In this document: positions 42,455-56,340 of the stretch, piece after piece | Position numbering within the stretch: position 1 is the first letter of the stretch | How the letters are laid out: each line of letters starts with the position of its first letter | NCBI GenBank assembly: GCA_951406725.2 | Contig: OX597824.1 | Span: 2,480,001 to 2,544,000 of the forward strand | DNA from: Octopus vulgaris | Taxonomy: Eukaryota | DNA length: 64,000 bases | Direction of reading: 5' to 3' | Made by a program: the position numbers and the translations under genes | The notes under the pieces: model-generated | What the model saw: the letters and a program-made list of their open reading frames with translations, nothing else | The model's database searches: none | Told to the model about the DNA's origin: nothing

Positions 42455-42499
42455 TTACTTTACCGGTTTCACTCTTTGGAAAAAGATTGTCAAAAGTAA
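42455..42499 (-). ncRNA. Type I minimal hammerhead-like motif with U3:A8 core swap
   Basis: Minus strand: ttactt TTGACAA tcttt ttcc aaaga gt GAAA ccgg TA aagtaa, with an overlapping AATAAA at its 3' end. Confidence 0.65.
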
Positions 42500-42813
42500 C
42501 ATGTGGAAGTTTGGTTGCGTTAATTATTGGTTGTTGCAAATTGCTACATTACATATATATATATACAGTCTTTGGTAACAGGGACATGTTAAGGACATAA
42601 AAAAGTTCAACAAGTTCCTTAAAATATTGGGCAAAAAAGATTACATAAATAATCGTTCTCAAGGACATACTTAAGATAGTTTCCAGAAGGAATTGATATT
42701 GGTACTGTATCTGTATATTCAAACATGCACAGAATATTGGTTGACACAGAGTACTTTAATCCATATAAATATACAGTCTTTGGTGACAACAGTATGTTGA
42801 GAATATAAACCTC

Positions 42814-42844
<31 letters not shown>

Positions 42845-42865
42845 GTGTATATATATATATATCTA

Positions 42866-42980
<115 letters not shown>

Positions 42981-43775
42981 TCAAGCACTAGGATGTAATC
43001 TGGAAGTTGAATAGGATTAGAAACAAAAGACAATGCGATTAATAAAAAGTAAATAATATTGGGTTTTTTTCTCTTTCGTTTTTGGCTGAATTTTCAATCT
43101 GAAAAGTATCTTTATCAGAGATTGCGACAGAGACCTAAGCAAAGTTGTGTATTCTATGAATAGAACATAAGCCTTGTCGCGTAACGATAAAGCTCATGTT
43201 TTATTAATAAATAAAAGTATAAACGTTATGTTTTATTAATCACCTTGTTCTGTGTTTCCAAAGCTGTTCAAATTTTAAATTTCGTCACAGTGCTTCGAAT
43301 TTCATCTTAGAATATAAAGAAAACGTATATGTAATACTCCAAGTCTTCCAGACAAGATGAAATGAGATAATAATTATATTATATTTTCTCTTAAATCAAC
43401 TGGTTTCGTCTCAGAGATAAAAGGTATCTTGTCAATTTGTCTACTGTCGGTTAGGTAAGAAGATTCCAGTGCTGCTATCATAACAACTGCTGCTGCCAAT
43501 GATGATGATACTTGGCCTCGGAAAAATGTAGTCGAAATGTCTGTTCATCCGCATGTTATATTTTACTTATTATGTATCTCTATCGCTATTTGACAAAGAA
43601 TTATTTTCAAACTGAAAATTCCGAGAATATACGATAAGACTTGTTTTCCGCTTTTTGTTTCAAAATTTATTCAGTATACATACCTACCTACATACATACA
43701 TACATACATACATACATACATACATACACACACACAAACACACACACACACATACACACACACACACACACACAG

Positions 43776-43830
<55 letters not shown>

Positions 43831-43833
<3 letters not shown>

Positions 43834-43920
43834 GAGATCTGATCAATAATTATCCGGAGTGTTGCTAGAGGAACGAAGCTGAAGCACGCAGAGTAAAACC
43901 GCTTGGCACAGATTGACCTA
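43831..43920 (+). mobile_element. Mariner-like left terminus
   Basis: TA followed by cgagatctgatcaataattatccgga resembles mariner TIR starts (TACGAGGxxTGxxxAxAAGT). Confidence 0.45.
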
Positions 43921-44105
43921 TTGACTAGGTGAGCAGGTGAAGATTCCCTCTGAATGGGGAGGTTAGTCGGCGTCACCCGCTAACGGCTGAGTGGCCTGGA
44001 GAAACGTGAAATGAAGTGCTTTGCTCAAGAATATAACGCGCCCGTGGGTCAGAGAATCGAGCGCACAATCAAGCGGTTGAGAGAGGCTGCATCGTGACCA
44101 GTGAA
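43920..44105 (-). mobile_element. Degenerate SINE
   Basis: gaaatgaagtgctttgctcaaga central domain and a decayed tRNA-like head on the minus strand. Confidence 0.55.
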
Positions 44106-45885
44106 GATTTGTAAGACATTTCAAAGCCTCTCCATCTGAGATTCTTATGTGAATAGATGCAAACACTTGGATGTATGCATCGACAGTCCAAAAAAAAAAC
44201 CCAACTCAATCGCATATTCACAAAGACTGGGAACACTCTTAACTCAAAAAGTGCTGTCGATTTATTAGCGACAGCATTGAATACACTTCATGCATGCATA
44301 CATACATACACACTTCATGCATGCATACATACACACTTCATGCATACATACATATATACATACAATGTATATATTAGTTCAACTTAGTTCAATTTGAAAA
44401 CTCCACTAGAATGGACGAAAGCGCTAATATATGATATATGATGTATAAAAGCCTGTAATATACAAATAAATATCTGTAAATATAAAACCACCCGAATTTC
44501 TGAGTACCTCATTTCTTCTAATACATACATACATATACAGATGATTTATAGTAATCCTAAATTCAAGTTATAAAATCGCTTTCTCTTCCCATCATTAACT
44601 TTATCATATTTAAAATGTACATGTTTGATGGCAAGCAATTTACTTTAAACAATAACCAATTCTAAACTTAAGTCAGTAAGATTAGCTGTGATTTCAAAAT
44701 GCCGAGCTATAGAATTCGAGGATCATGCACTACAGATAATGCTAAAGATAACCGCTGAAAATTGAGTATAATCGTTTAGGCTGTGACAAATCATGATATG
44801 TATGTGAATACAATACATAAGATGGGTGTTCTTACTTCGATATACAGCAAACCTGCGAAAAGAATATTTATGAAGAAACACTTCATTGTAGGAAGGTGAG
44901 TATATTATTCCAAGGTATGGTAATTCAATATGGGAAACCTTATTTATGAATACAAATAAATTTACATACAGGACATAGGAGTCGTTGCGCAATGAATATA
45001 ACATCGTTTTCAACATGATATACACTGAGCTAAACTTGTTTAAAGATATAGTGTTAGTAATATAGTTTGTAGCTGAAAGGTGTATATAATCTGCTGTCTT
45101 ATGACAATTGATCCGAGAAACCTTTTAGATGTAAATGTATATAATTTTTTCCCAAGGAGAACGTTAACAATGGCTTCGAAATTTCGATTTTCCTGACGTT
45201 ATCATGCATGTATATGTATGTGTGCGAGCGCGTGTGTGAATTATGTGTGCGTATACGTGTAATTATACACGTATATATATATATGTATGTGTGTGTGTGA
45301 ACAGTTGGAAAATGTCTGTGTTTATGTGTTTCTATGTACGAGTGTATATGTTTGTATGTATATATGCATGTATGCATTTACATATATATATATATGCACA
45401 CTCGCACAAATGGTTATGTAATTCGATTGCGTTTAGAATTTAGAATGCGCTGTTAAGAAAATATAACAGCTCTGAAGAGAAAATTTACGTGGTAAACATA
45501 ATGAACATATGAAAGTAGATGGAATAAAAAGATGAAAATATATGGAAATCTGTACGGAATGAAAATAGAAATTGTTGCAAAGTAATTTAGAAATAGTTTT
45601 GAAACATGAGAATTTTTCTATATATTTTATAAAGTATACAAACATGGAAAGCCGTTAACTATAAGGTGAGCTCCCAAAAACGTGTAACCTTAACATGGAA
45701 TTAAGGATCATCTCACAAATACTGCTGATTTGTCAAATGCATGAACTAAAAGTCGGAGGGGATCAGGATAAACTACCTGCATCAACTAGCTTTAAAAGCA
45801 GGTAGTAATATTACCTTGTACTTATTCTTAGTACACGTTTTGAAGAGTGCAGTTTGATTTTAACAGTTATTTTTTCAAAGCTATA

Positions 45886-46218
45886 ATGGAAGTGACAAAG
45901 GAGCATATTCGGCATATTTTGCTTTATGAGTTCAATAAAGGCAACAATGCAATGGAAAGTGCGAGAAATATTAATGCAAGATATGGGGATTGGACAATTA
46001 GCGTAAACCAGTGTCAACGGTGGTTCCGGAAATTTCGAGTCGGAAACTGCAGCCAAGAAGACGAGTCACGTCCTGGAAGATCTATAGAGCTCAACGTGGA
46101 TGTCCTGCAAACTCTGGTGGAACAAACTCCCATCGTAATTTTCGAGGAACTAACAAAGAAATATGGATTTGTTCATTCAACCATACATCGATTGCTATCA
46201 TATATTTGTCGAAAGTGA
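45886..46218 (+). mobile_element. Mariner transposase N-terminal fragment (paired HTH)
   Basis: MEVTKEHIRHILLYEFNKGNNAMESARNINARYGD...CQRWFRKFRVGN..EDESRPGR...STIHRLL is the typical mariner HTH region. No catalytic domain follows. Confidence 0.92.
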
Positions 46219-47399
46219 AATGTTGAAATGCAAATTTAACCTCTGCGTGATTTGAAACCAGACTACAGAGATCCAGAACGATTGGAGAAGAAGCAATTTA
46301 TCCAACACTTCAACAACTCTGTCAGTTGAACGCAAAATGCAAATACATTTTTATATGTGCGTATGTGTGTGTGTGTTTATGCTTGTGTATGTGTGCATGC
46401 GTTTGTATGTGTATGAGTATGTGTGCGTGAGTATGTGTCTGTATGAGTATTTGTGCGTGCGTATGTGTGTGTATACTTGTGTATGTGAGTGTCTATGTGT
46501 GCATGTGTATGTTTGTGTATGCGTGTGTTTGCGTGAATATATTTTTAGAAGGATAGAAGTATATGTATGTTCTGCATGTGTGTCCAGAGTGTGTGTGTGT
46601 CTGGCTGAGTTTCTGTAATGAGAATTGGAATTTATATTGATAATAAGTTTCAGTTTCTTTTACATTTTTGGTATTTATGGTACGAACGCTTTGTGTGTTT
46701 CTTGCTTGTGTGCGTATGTATCTGTTAGTATGTGTGTCTGAGTGTGTGTGCATTTGCACAGATCTTCAAGAGATACTTAAAATGTTCATGCCAGAAAAAG
46801 AAGGCAATACGGAAAGAAAAAAAAAGAACAAAGGAACAAAACAAACTGCATATATAAATTCCACTATTTAGAAATAAATTAAGTCTTTACAATATTATCT
46901 CCATTGTCGGTTGCATACTCTTCTGCACGTTTACGCCAGCTATAAAATGAAGTTGCAAAAAATATATATCTGGCACTTTCTCAACATTGAGGTTTTCAAA
47001 TTCTTCTTTAATTACTACAATGCTTCATAAATATGTTACTTTAAATTCTTTCTTTTGCTCTGGAGAAAGAGATATGAAAACTGCACGGCACTAGCTCAGT
47101 ACTATAAGGAGATTGTGGAACAATTGTGCAGTGCATGTCTGCATGCATAAATAAATAGAAACAATTATTGATTGATGGATGCACACGTAAATGTAGATAC
47201 CTACATTGATGCTGCACACATTAATATGAGCACGTAGACGTATATCCGCCTGCTTACTACGGGAATGCAACACACGGACACACGTAGACGTTTTTATACA
47301 CAAAAATGCATGCATAAATACACACATACATGCATACGTACATACATTCTTACATACAACATACATGTATATATGTATGTTAATTACGCGTATATGTCT

Positions 47400-47620
47400 C
47401 TTTAATCTTTCATCTTTTACTTGTTTCAGTTATTAGACTGCAGCCATCCTGATGGAACCACCTTCAGGAATTTTAGTCGGAATAATTTACTCTGGTACTT
47501 ATATTTTTTTTATATTCTATCGGCTTTTTTGACCGAACGGCGAAGTTACAGGGACGTAAACATAACACTGTTCGTCAAGCGATGGTACGGGAGGACAGAC
47601 ACAGACAAAGACACACACAC
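47400..47620 (-). mobile_element. Degenerate SINE 3' half
   Basis: Reverse-complement homologue of 15855-16065. Confidence 0.7.
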
Positions 47621-48816
47621 ACGCATGTATTTATATAGTTGACTCTCTCTCTCTCTCTCTCTTTTCCTCTTTCTCTCCTCCTATCCTCCAGATCCTTCGC
47701 CTATATACACATTCATCCTGCTAACTTTGTCGCTGACGCACTGCTCTAACTATATATATACACACACACATATATATATATATAGGTGTATGCTTATATG
47801 CATATTCAAATATATATGCGTTTGCAGGGATATTATTGTAGAGTGCGGGCATTCGCAGAGTAGATTTCGAACGCATATGTAGTCTCCAAATTCGTACAAA
47901 TTCTTTAATTTTCTGAAAACCTTAATGGAATAAAACTTGCACAAAATTACTGTGAATCAAGAAAGGAAGACATGACTTTAGCCAGTTTTATATTTTACGA
48001 GATTAATATACTTGCAACAGCAAACTGGAAAATAAATTAACTTTTCTTATTGCTTGAAATATATTAAAGGAGATGTTAGTTTCGGTGTTTCCTCTTCTTC
48101 TCTTTGTGAAGAAGATTTTACAGCAGCTGGGTGCGTTTTCAAATTCACCTTACAATTGCATCGTTCTCTTTATGTTCAAATCTTCATCCATTGTCATTTG
48201 TTTTCTATTTTCAAATTCCTTCATTAAGAATACATTCGTTTGCCTCTCCATTTCATTTGTTTTGCCGTCGCCATTATTCTCACATAATGGGTGTTGCTGC
48301 TCTGATATGAAGAGAACCCACCACACTTTTTTGCACAGTAATGAAATATATTTTTCAAATCAACTTCCATATTGCTGCTGTTGCCTCACGCTGTTTATTC
48401 ATAATTTCCAACGCATGTTTTGATGCCCTTAGAAAATGTTGTAACATTAATTACATTTCGATTTCAACGGCATGGGGAGAAGTTTTCCATACGCGGTAGG
48501 CTTTCAATATTACTATCACCTCTTGATATCTGGTGGTAAAAATACAACGTAAATATTATGACATGTTCCCGTGTGAAGTTGTATAATCCGGAGCATTGTA
48601 TAAACTTATTGAAATTTAAAATTCTAAATTCATATTTATTTCCAAACAATGGACATAAGATAAAATAAGAATAGTAATAAGCGACTGAAGGACAAATGTA
48701 CAGTGCATGTGTTTATTTCCCCCCCCCCAAAAAAAAATGACCATCCCGAAATATAATTATATCTGTTTCAACATATTCTTTCACATCAAGAATCTTGAAA
48801 CACAGTTTCATAAACG

Positions 48817-48860
<44 letters not shown>

Positions 48861-49494
48861 ACAAATTGCCAAATATAAAGTTTATAAAACGATGAAGCAA
48901 AGCTACAGAATTTTCATTAGCTGACAAAACAGGTGATTCAATGCGAAAAACTACTACATTCTTTTTCTTTTTTTTTTTTTTAAGCTTTCACTAAACCAGA
49001 GTTTCCGGCTTCTTATGATCAGTATTCGAAGTTCTGCGTCAGACAAACTAACTCATAATATTAGAAATAATGGCATTCTATCCGCAGCAATCACAGTAAA
49101 TGTTCAATAAAATTATGAAAGAAATTATCTTTGATTAATGGTGTCTTATTAATTTTCGTCTTTGTACTTCTTTGATCGCAGTTCTTTGTCTGTTTCAACC
49201 TTTAAGTCTTTTGCTTGTTAATGGCTGTATTCGAGTGTATTGTATTCATTAAGATTGTTTGCTTCGTTAGCAGTGACAATGATGCTAGGGTTGGTGAGGG
49301 AGGGTAGTGATGATTAATTCATTGGAGTTCTTAGAAATAGGATTGATTTGAAGAAATGGGTTAGAATGGAGGCGATCTGGATCGGGGTAATATGCAATTT
49401 CGATAAGATCTTATAACATTAAGGATCTTATAAAATTAAGGAATAAATGCAAAAGCGTATTTCAACTGGAGAACAGTGAATAGAACCTGATGTT

Positions 49495-49810
49495 CAGCTA
49501 ATGGACATTTGATCGAATTTCATTAAAGGGACAGTTAATCGTGATTGATCAGATAAACAGTTGATCGAATTTAACCTGTGGGCAGTAGATCGAAATTCAT
49601 CAAGGGAACAATTGGTGAAATTTTTTCAAATGTTCACTTGATCCAATTTGATTGAGAAGACGACGGCAATTTATTTGGTAGACAACTGATCAAATTTCAT
49701 CAAATCGACCAGTGATCGATGTCGAAACTATAAGTAAAAATATATGAAGAACAATCTACAGGCTGAGTAATATGATAAACCTGTCAGTTGATTGAATTTA
49801 ACGATTTTTG
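49495..49810. repeat. Degenerate ~26-28 bp tandem repeat
   Basis: Recurring gacagttgatcgaatttcatcaa-like unit, for example near 49503, 49555, 49581 and 49681. Confidence 0.6.
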
Positions 49811-50524
49811 TTTCTCTCTTTATCCCATTTTCTTTTTATTAACATTAAGGACGTTCAATTCTCGAAACTTCTATTTGGCACCTTAATTGGGGCTTGCCTG
49901 CTAGAGCCTAGCGGCAGGTATTTAAAGGGAAAATTTTGACAAGTCAGTCAGTGACCGGCTGACACTTGCAGACGATACATCGAAGAGGCCAGGGAACAGA
50001 AGAAAGAGGAAGAAAGAAGACATGCACCCAACACCAGAGTTGAAGACACCTCCGAAAGGGGGGCCCCGCCACGTCAAACGGTAGAGAAGTAGGGGCCTCC
50101 TTGAGCTAACTGGATCCTATAAAGGAGCTGTTGTGGTAGCAGACCACGAAACACGGTTGTAATTTCTTCCTGAGCCAACATATCTTTATTATATTGATCA
50201 TACCAAATTAATTCCATCCAGTCTTCGTCTTTCATACATATATAAAAATAAAATTTTATGATTATGTTTAGAGTTGAATCATTGGTGTAACCATGATCTT
50301 CTGGTGGTGGTCTCATGAACTAGCTTTCTTTATTTCCATTGATTTGTGAATATCCTCTTGTATAGTATAATGCATAGCATGCGTATTAATGCAGACAAGT
50401 AAACATAAGCTATTATACACTGTAATTATTATTACACGAGGAAGGCTATGAAACGGCTGTAATCCTGAGGAAGTCAAGTAGTTAAATTAATATGTTCACC
50501 TCTTGTACGCCTAACATTTTATGG

Positions 50525-50621
<97 letters not shown>

Positions 50622-51308
50622 TGGCAGTGAGGTTACGAATCTTGATTGGGACCACTAGACTTCCGGTCCAATCCCACTAAACGGCAACCTTGGGAAGTTA
50701 CCTTCTACTATGCGATTGGGCCAAACAATACTTTGTGAAACAATTTGCTTGACAGAAGCTATGTAGAAACCCAACGTATGCGTATGTGGATGCGAACCTG
50801 CATGCGCTTGTGTGCGCGTCTGTCTATTTGTCTTTTTATCTTTGTCTGTCAATTTCCCGATACTGCTTGACAGCTTGTGTTGATTAGTTAACCTCCCTGC
50901 AACTTACAGAAGGTAATGGAATAAATACTAGGAATAAATGCTATATATATATATATATATATATATATAACTGAAAGAATGGAGTCGAACGAAGCTGTTA
51001 ACAAAATTCCTTTACTCTCGACACATGTTTCGAAGACAGCATATTTTCATTCCCAAGGAATAAAGGGTGCATTATGCAAACCGTGCTTTCTGACGTGAAT
51101 TTGCTACCCAGGTTTCGGTTAAACGAATTTTCCGTACTGACGATAAACATAGGATAATTCATTCACCTACATATATATATAAACAAAAGTATGTGTTATA
51201 CTACTACACCACAGCCATACCAACAATCCATCATACCTCCACCATCAGCTACGCCACGGGACAGTACCCTTCAATCCGGTGGTGTCCACAGCACTAAAAA
51301 TCAGTGTT

Positions 51309-51860
51309 GAGATAGAGTAGTAACGTATATTAAGCAGTAAAGCGAGTAGTGACATCGAAGTAGCAGTTGAATGTTACAACTGGTTTTAAGCCCAGGCAGA
51401 TTCTCTGCCAGCTGGTTTTCGGTGCAAGCTCTGCACCCTTATATACAATATATCGCTAGTAGGGGAAGCGAACCCCTACTACCCTCCAGTAGCTGACAGG
51501 GTCGCGGGACCGGCCAGTTTCGACCTGCTTGGCTCATGTCAAGCTGCGCGCATCTGCTCAATCGAGTGATAGCCAAGATCCCCTTCTGCCAGCGGTCACT
51601 GATCCGCAACAAGCGGACTACAAAATCTCAAGAAGAGATAGAGTAGTGAGGTATGTTGAGCAGTAAAGCGAGTAGCCAAGGCCAGTCCCGCGATCCTGTC
51701 AGCTACTGGAGTGTAGTAGGGGGTTCGCTGATCCTCAAGCGATGCATTCTATATAAGAGTGCAGAGCTTTTACTGATAACCAGCTGGCGGAGAATCTGCC
51801 TGGGGTTAAACTAGTAGTAACATTTATCTGCCACTTAGATGTGGCTACTCGATTTACTGC
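51309..51860. mobile_element. PLE/retrozyme-like repeat: ~326 bp direct-repeat period plus a ~180 bp inverted tail
   Basis: Direct repeat at 51309-51349 and 51635-51675. Inverted arms at 51334-51515 and 51680-51860. Degenerate hammerhead-like motif on the minus strand at 51503-51550. Confidence 0.65.
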
Positions 51861-51883
51861 AAGATATATATATATATATATAT

Positions 51884-52255
51884 TCACTTTGGCCATACTG
51901 GAGCACCACCTTTTAGTCAACAAATCGAACCCAGCACTTATTGTTTGTAAGCCTATTACTTATTCTATCGGTTTCTTTTGCCGAACAGCTAGGTTACGGG
52001 AACACACCAACATCAATCAGCAAGCGATGGTAGGAGGAGAAACATACACACACACACACACACACACAGCTCACACATATATATGTGTGTGTGTATATAT
52101 ATATATATACAATGAGCTTCTTTCAGTTTCCGTCTACTAGATCCGCTCACAAGGCTTTGGTCGGGCCGAGACTATAGTAGAAGACACTTGCCCAAGGTGC
52201 CACGCAGTGGGGCTGAACCTTCAACCATAAGACTGGGAAACAAGCTTACACACAC
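51884..52255 (-). mobile_element. tRNA-derived SINE with internal microsatellite
   Basis: Head and gcaccttgggcaagtgtcttctactatag domain are the reverse complement of 58201-58365; the 3' half is homologous to 15855-16065. Confidence 0.85.
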
Positions 52256-52271
52256 CTACACACACATATGT

Positions 52272-52332
<61 letters not shown>

Positions 52333-53240
52333 TGTGCATATATATACATTTACATAAACATATGCATGAATGTATATATATATATATATATATATATATT
52401 CATTCATGCATCTATTTATATCTGTATTTGTATATATATATATATATATATATAGTCACATATTTACATCTCTCTCTTTCTCTCTCTTTATATATATATT
52501 TATGCGTGTATATGTGTGTGTGTGAGTATCTACAAACAGACACACAAACATACACCCGCGCGTGCATAAAAAATAATAAAGAAAACCGGCATATTTGCAA
52601 ATTATTCTCCATTGTGCTTGATTGAAATATCGTTTTTTAATTTTCATCAGATACTTTTATCTAATTAATGTGCATTAGGCTGTCATAAGTGATTGCAAGC
52701 CGTTCGTTGATTTCGGGTATAATTTACATGGACATTTGTCTAGCTCAGCATTTTTACACACACAATTCATATATCTATGTATCATGTATGTATTTTTTAA
52801 CATCTTTGGTGATCAATAAAGCAATATCGGAAACACTGTATCGATTTGTATTAACTAGTTAGGGGAGGTATTATGACTGTAACCAAACAATACTCAACTA
52901 GTGATTTCTCTTTCTTTTTTTAATTCAGTGATGAAAATTGATGCCAAAGATTGTACAATTTGATCTCAACTCAGGTTTGTATTGAAATACAAAATTTTCT
53001 ATATTATTACTTTCTTGTTTAAGTCATATTACTTGTCCTACCGGGCAACAGAATCCTATGTAGTCAGGAATATTTATATGTAATATATAAGTGAGAAGGC
53101 AACTGAAAGATAATGTCCCTCAACATGTTTGGTGGCAGTTAATAATTAATAATTTGACTCAGCTCCATCTGCTTACGGTTTCGTGGGTTCGTTCAACGAG
53201 ACGACGATACGTTAAGTTGCGTGGAGCCGAATCAAACTGT

Positions 53241-53361
<121 letters not shown>

Positions 53362-53638
53362 GGATAGATAGATAGATGGATTGGTAGATATAGATGCTGA
53401 TATATATAGATAGATAGATATATACATATATATACATATATACAATGTGTGCGTATATATTATGATACGTACAAATGTTTGTGATTGTAGATTATATATA
53501 TATCGCTCTTTTTCTTTTTCGAGATGCCTTAGTATAATAGGGATGTGATGTTGCGGATACCCAAATAATGATATCAATTTCTCTTGGGAAGCCTTCTCTC
53601 TCCCCACTCTTCCATCCTTTCTCGCTCTTTTTATTTCC

Positions 53639-53689
<51 letters not shown>

Positions 53690-55489
53690 TGCATCTCTCT
53701 ACCTCACTGGAATCTGTCCCTCCTAACAAGGCCATTCCATCAAACTATCTCTCACATCTTCATGAACTCACAAATTCCTCGTTCCCTCGCCTCTTATATT
53801 GTGTCCACACTCTCGGATTCACTAGAATTTACCTAATTATTTCGTCCCAGAATGCCTTTCCTCAAGAATTCTCTCTTTGCCCTTCTGTTTCAATTGCCGT
53901 CAAGCAAATTTTATCTTCTATTTTCATAGTAATAATCTATTATATGTATTTTACGAACAAAGTCTCTCTTGAAATCATTTCTATGTTTTTTAATGTTTCA
54001 GTAAAATTAGGATTATTCCGACACTTTACGTTTTCAGTTCAAATTCTAACGAGTTCAAGTTTTTCGTTCGTCATTTCGAGGTGAATAAAAAATTAGTACC
54101 AGTTAGATACTGGTGTGGATGGTATCGACTAACCCTTTGTCCACCTTTTGTAACGAGAAGCTTATTTTCCATTTTCTCCCATATTACATGGAAATCAATA
54201 AACATAAGAGGTAGCGAGAAAAGATTTGAGTTAAGAAACGTCAGTTCCTAAAAATGGCAGCTAAATCTCAATTAAATATTTGCTTATAGCCTTAATTTAA
54301 AAAAGAAGGCTTACTTATTAATGTAGTTATAGATATTACTAAATAGACGCAATGCACAAAAACCTTTAATGGTGTTGAATAACCTATTACCTTCAGTATT
54401 GCTGGCCTTGTGACTAAATTAGAAACAATTACTGAATCTAGGAGTCAAGTGGCCGAGCTTATCTGTAAAATATAAGCATGAGTCTTTAGACATTTTGAGA
54501 ATTGTATAAAGATTCATCAACAATAGCAGATCGTTGATCCAGGAACACAGCATGCCTCGTTGCCACTACTACTAGAAAGTTCAGATACATCAACGTAAAA
54601 AAAATATTAGCTCAACACGACATAAACCATAATGAGAGTGAAAGTAAAGTGTTGCTCGATACGTAAGAAATATTATCCAAGTTTTTCTCAAAATATACAA
54701 TTCTGTTTTTAGAAATGAATTTCAAATTGAATAATGTACACAGGAAAAGATTGGATGATCATGGTACATTGGGAGTTGTACTTAGCTAGGTTAGAAAACC
54801 AAAGATTATAGGAGCAGCGTAGTGGCATCAGAAACGGTCAGAAGGAAGGACCCCAATGTGTTTGTAATATATGATAATATTTCGGATTTGTTCACATGAC
54901 TTATCATCGCATTGTATTTCTGTTTGGTGTTTGCAGTGGAGAATAATTCTTAAAACGCTACAGGAAGCGTGGTAAATTATAAACACAAAATCTTGATACA
55001 AAATTAAGCAGGCAGAGTCATACAATACTGTGTTAGTCAGATTATCTTCACCATAAATTTCAACCAGCATAAATATATAAACAAATAAATAAAGAGGAAA
55101 AAATTGAATTAGATAATTCAAAGACGCAAAAGATTAAGATGAAATGACGAGAAGATCAAACAATGAAGTCACTATTCTCTTATCAATTAATAAATTATTG
55201 AACTAATTAAACAATTTCAATCACTGATTTCTCCAGATATTTTGGTTGTATATTTTCATTAGATTTTTATGAGTTTGTTTCCTGATCTTCGTGATCTTCA
55301 AAACTATAAAAACAATTTAATGTAACGGATCATTGTAAAGAATTAACACTGCGTACACCCCACCAAGCTCTCACACACGCACAAAAGGGGGGTGTACGAC
55401 AATGTGAGAATGCGTGTGTGAACATGTGTGGGTTTATGCGTTGATGTATATATGAAATCTCATCCTCTTATGAGAAAAATAAAAGAAAC

Positions 55490-56340
55490 ATGTTAATCTT
55501 TCGTTGTTGGAATGTTAGAACTTTACAAGACAGCGAAGAGAGTCTAGAACGAAACACAGCACTAACTGCTACAGGAATCGGTTCCTTCAATATTGATATT
55601 GCTGTTCTCAGAGAAACCAGGCTTGCAGACACTCATGAATCAAAAGTTGGAAGTGGCTATACATTTTGGGGGAGCGGAAATCCGGCAGACGAGCCAATAT
55701 TTCAAGGTTGTTGGTTTTACCATTAAATCGACTCTAATTTGTATGATTCCATCCGTCCCTCAAGCTGTTGATAAGCGTTTCATTACATTCTGTAAAGTTA
55801 TAGGTAATTCCTCATCAATGCACATTATAATTGCATATGCACCTACTTAATCAGCATCCGAACATGAGCATAGCATTTTCTACCCCGAGTTGCAAGAAGT
55901 TGTCAGCAAACCCCTACACCAAATTATTTGACAGTTAATATACCTATTTCTTTACTACCAACAAGGGGCTAAACACAGAGGGGACAAGCAAGGACAGAGA
56001 CACGGATTAAGTCGATTACGTCTACCCCAGTGCGTAACTGGTACTTATTTAATCGACCCCGAAAGGATGAAAGGCAAAGTCGACCTCGGCGGAATTTGAA
56101 ATCAGAACGTAGCGGCAGACGAAATACCGCAAAGTATTTCGCCCGGTGTGCTGACGTTTCTGCCAGCTCGCCGCCTTGACAGATAATACACCACTTCCAA
56201 GTTTTAACACAAGATGGAGCTGACCTACGAATGGATGGATTCTGAAAACTTTGGTCACAGAAGAGCAAGTAAATATGTTGAGCTTCTGTATAACCTTATT
56301 TTTCGAGCAACTTAAAATTACTGCGCATTTCATATCTGCT
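55490..56340 (+). mobile_element. RTE-clade LINE apurinic-like endonuclease remnant, interrupted by a SINE
   Basis: CWNVRTL, DIAVLRETRL, GYTFWGSG, GFTIK, IIIAYAPT and FYPELQ motifs. After the SINE a decayed FNTR-GAD...FGH...ELL...LKIT continues the domain. Confidence 0.85.
55941..56175 (-). mobile_element. Meta-domain-like SINE, full length
   Basis: Reverse-complement relative of the 32501 element. Flanking ttgacag(t/a)taata duplication at 55928-55940 and 56176-56188. Confidence 0.9.

Noticed and set aside
44283-44352. Three copies of acacttcatgcatgcatacatac
   Set aside because: Ordinary microsatellite-derived minisatellite.
49495-49810. CRISPR-like array
   Set aside because: Units are degenerate and adjacent with no unique spacers, the context is eukaryotic and there are no cas genes.
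50430-50480. aCGAGGA aggctat GAAA cggctg TA
   Set aside because: The 3' half looks right, but the core and stems are too decayed to support a call.
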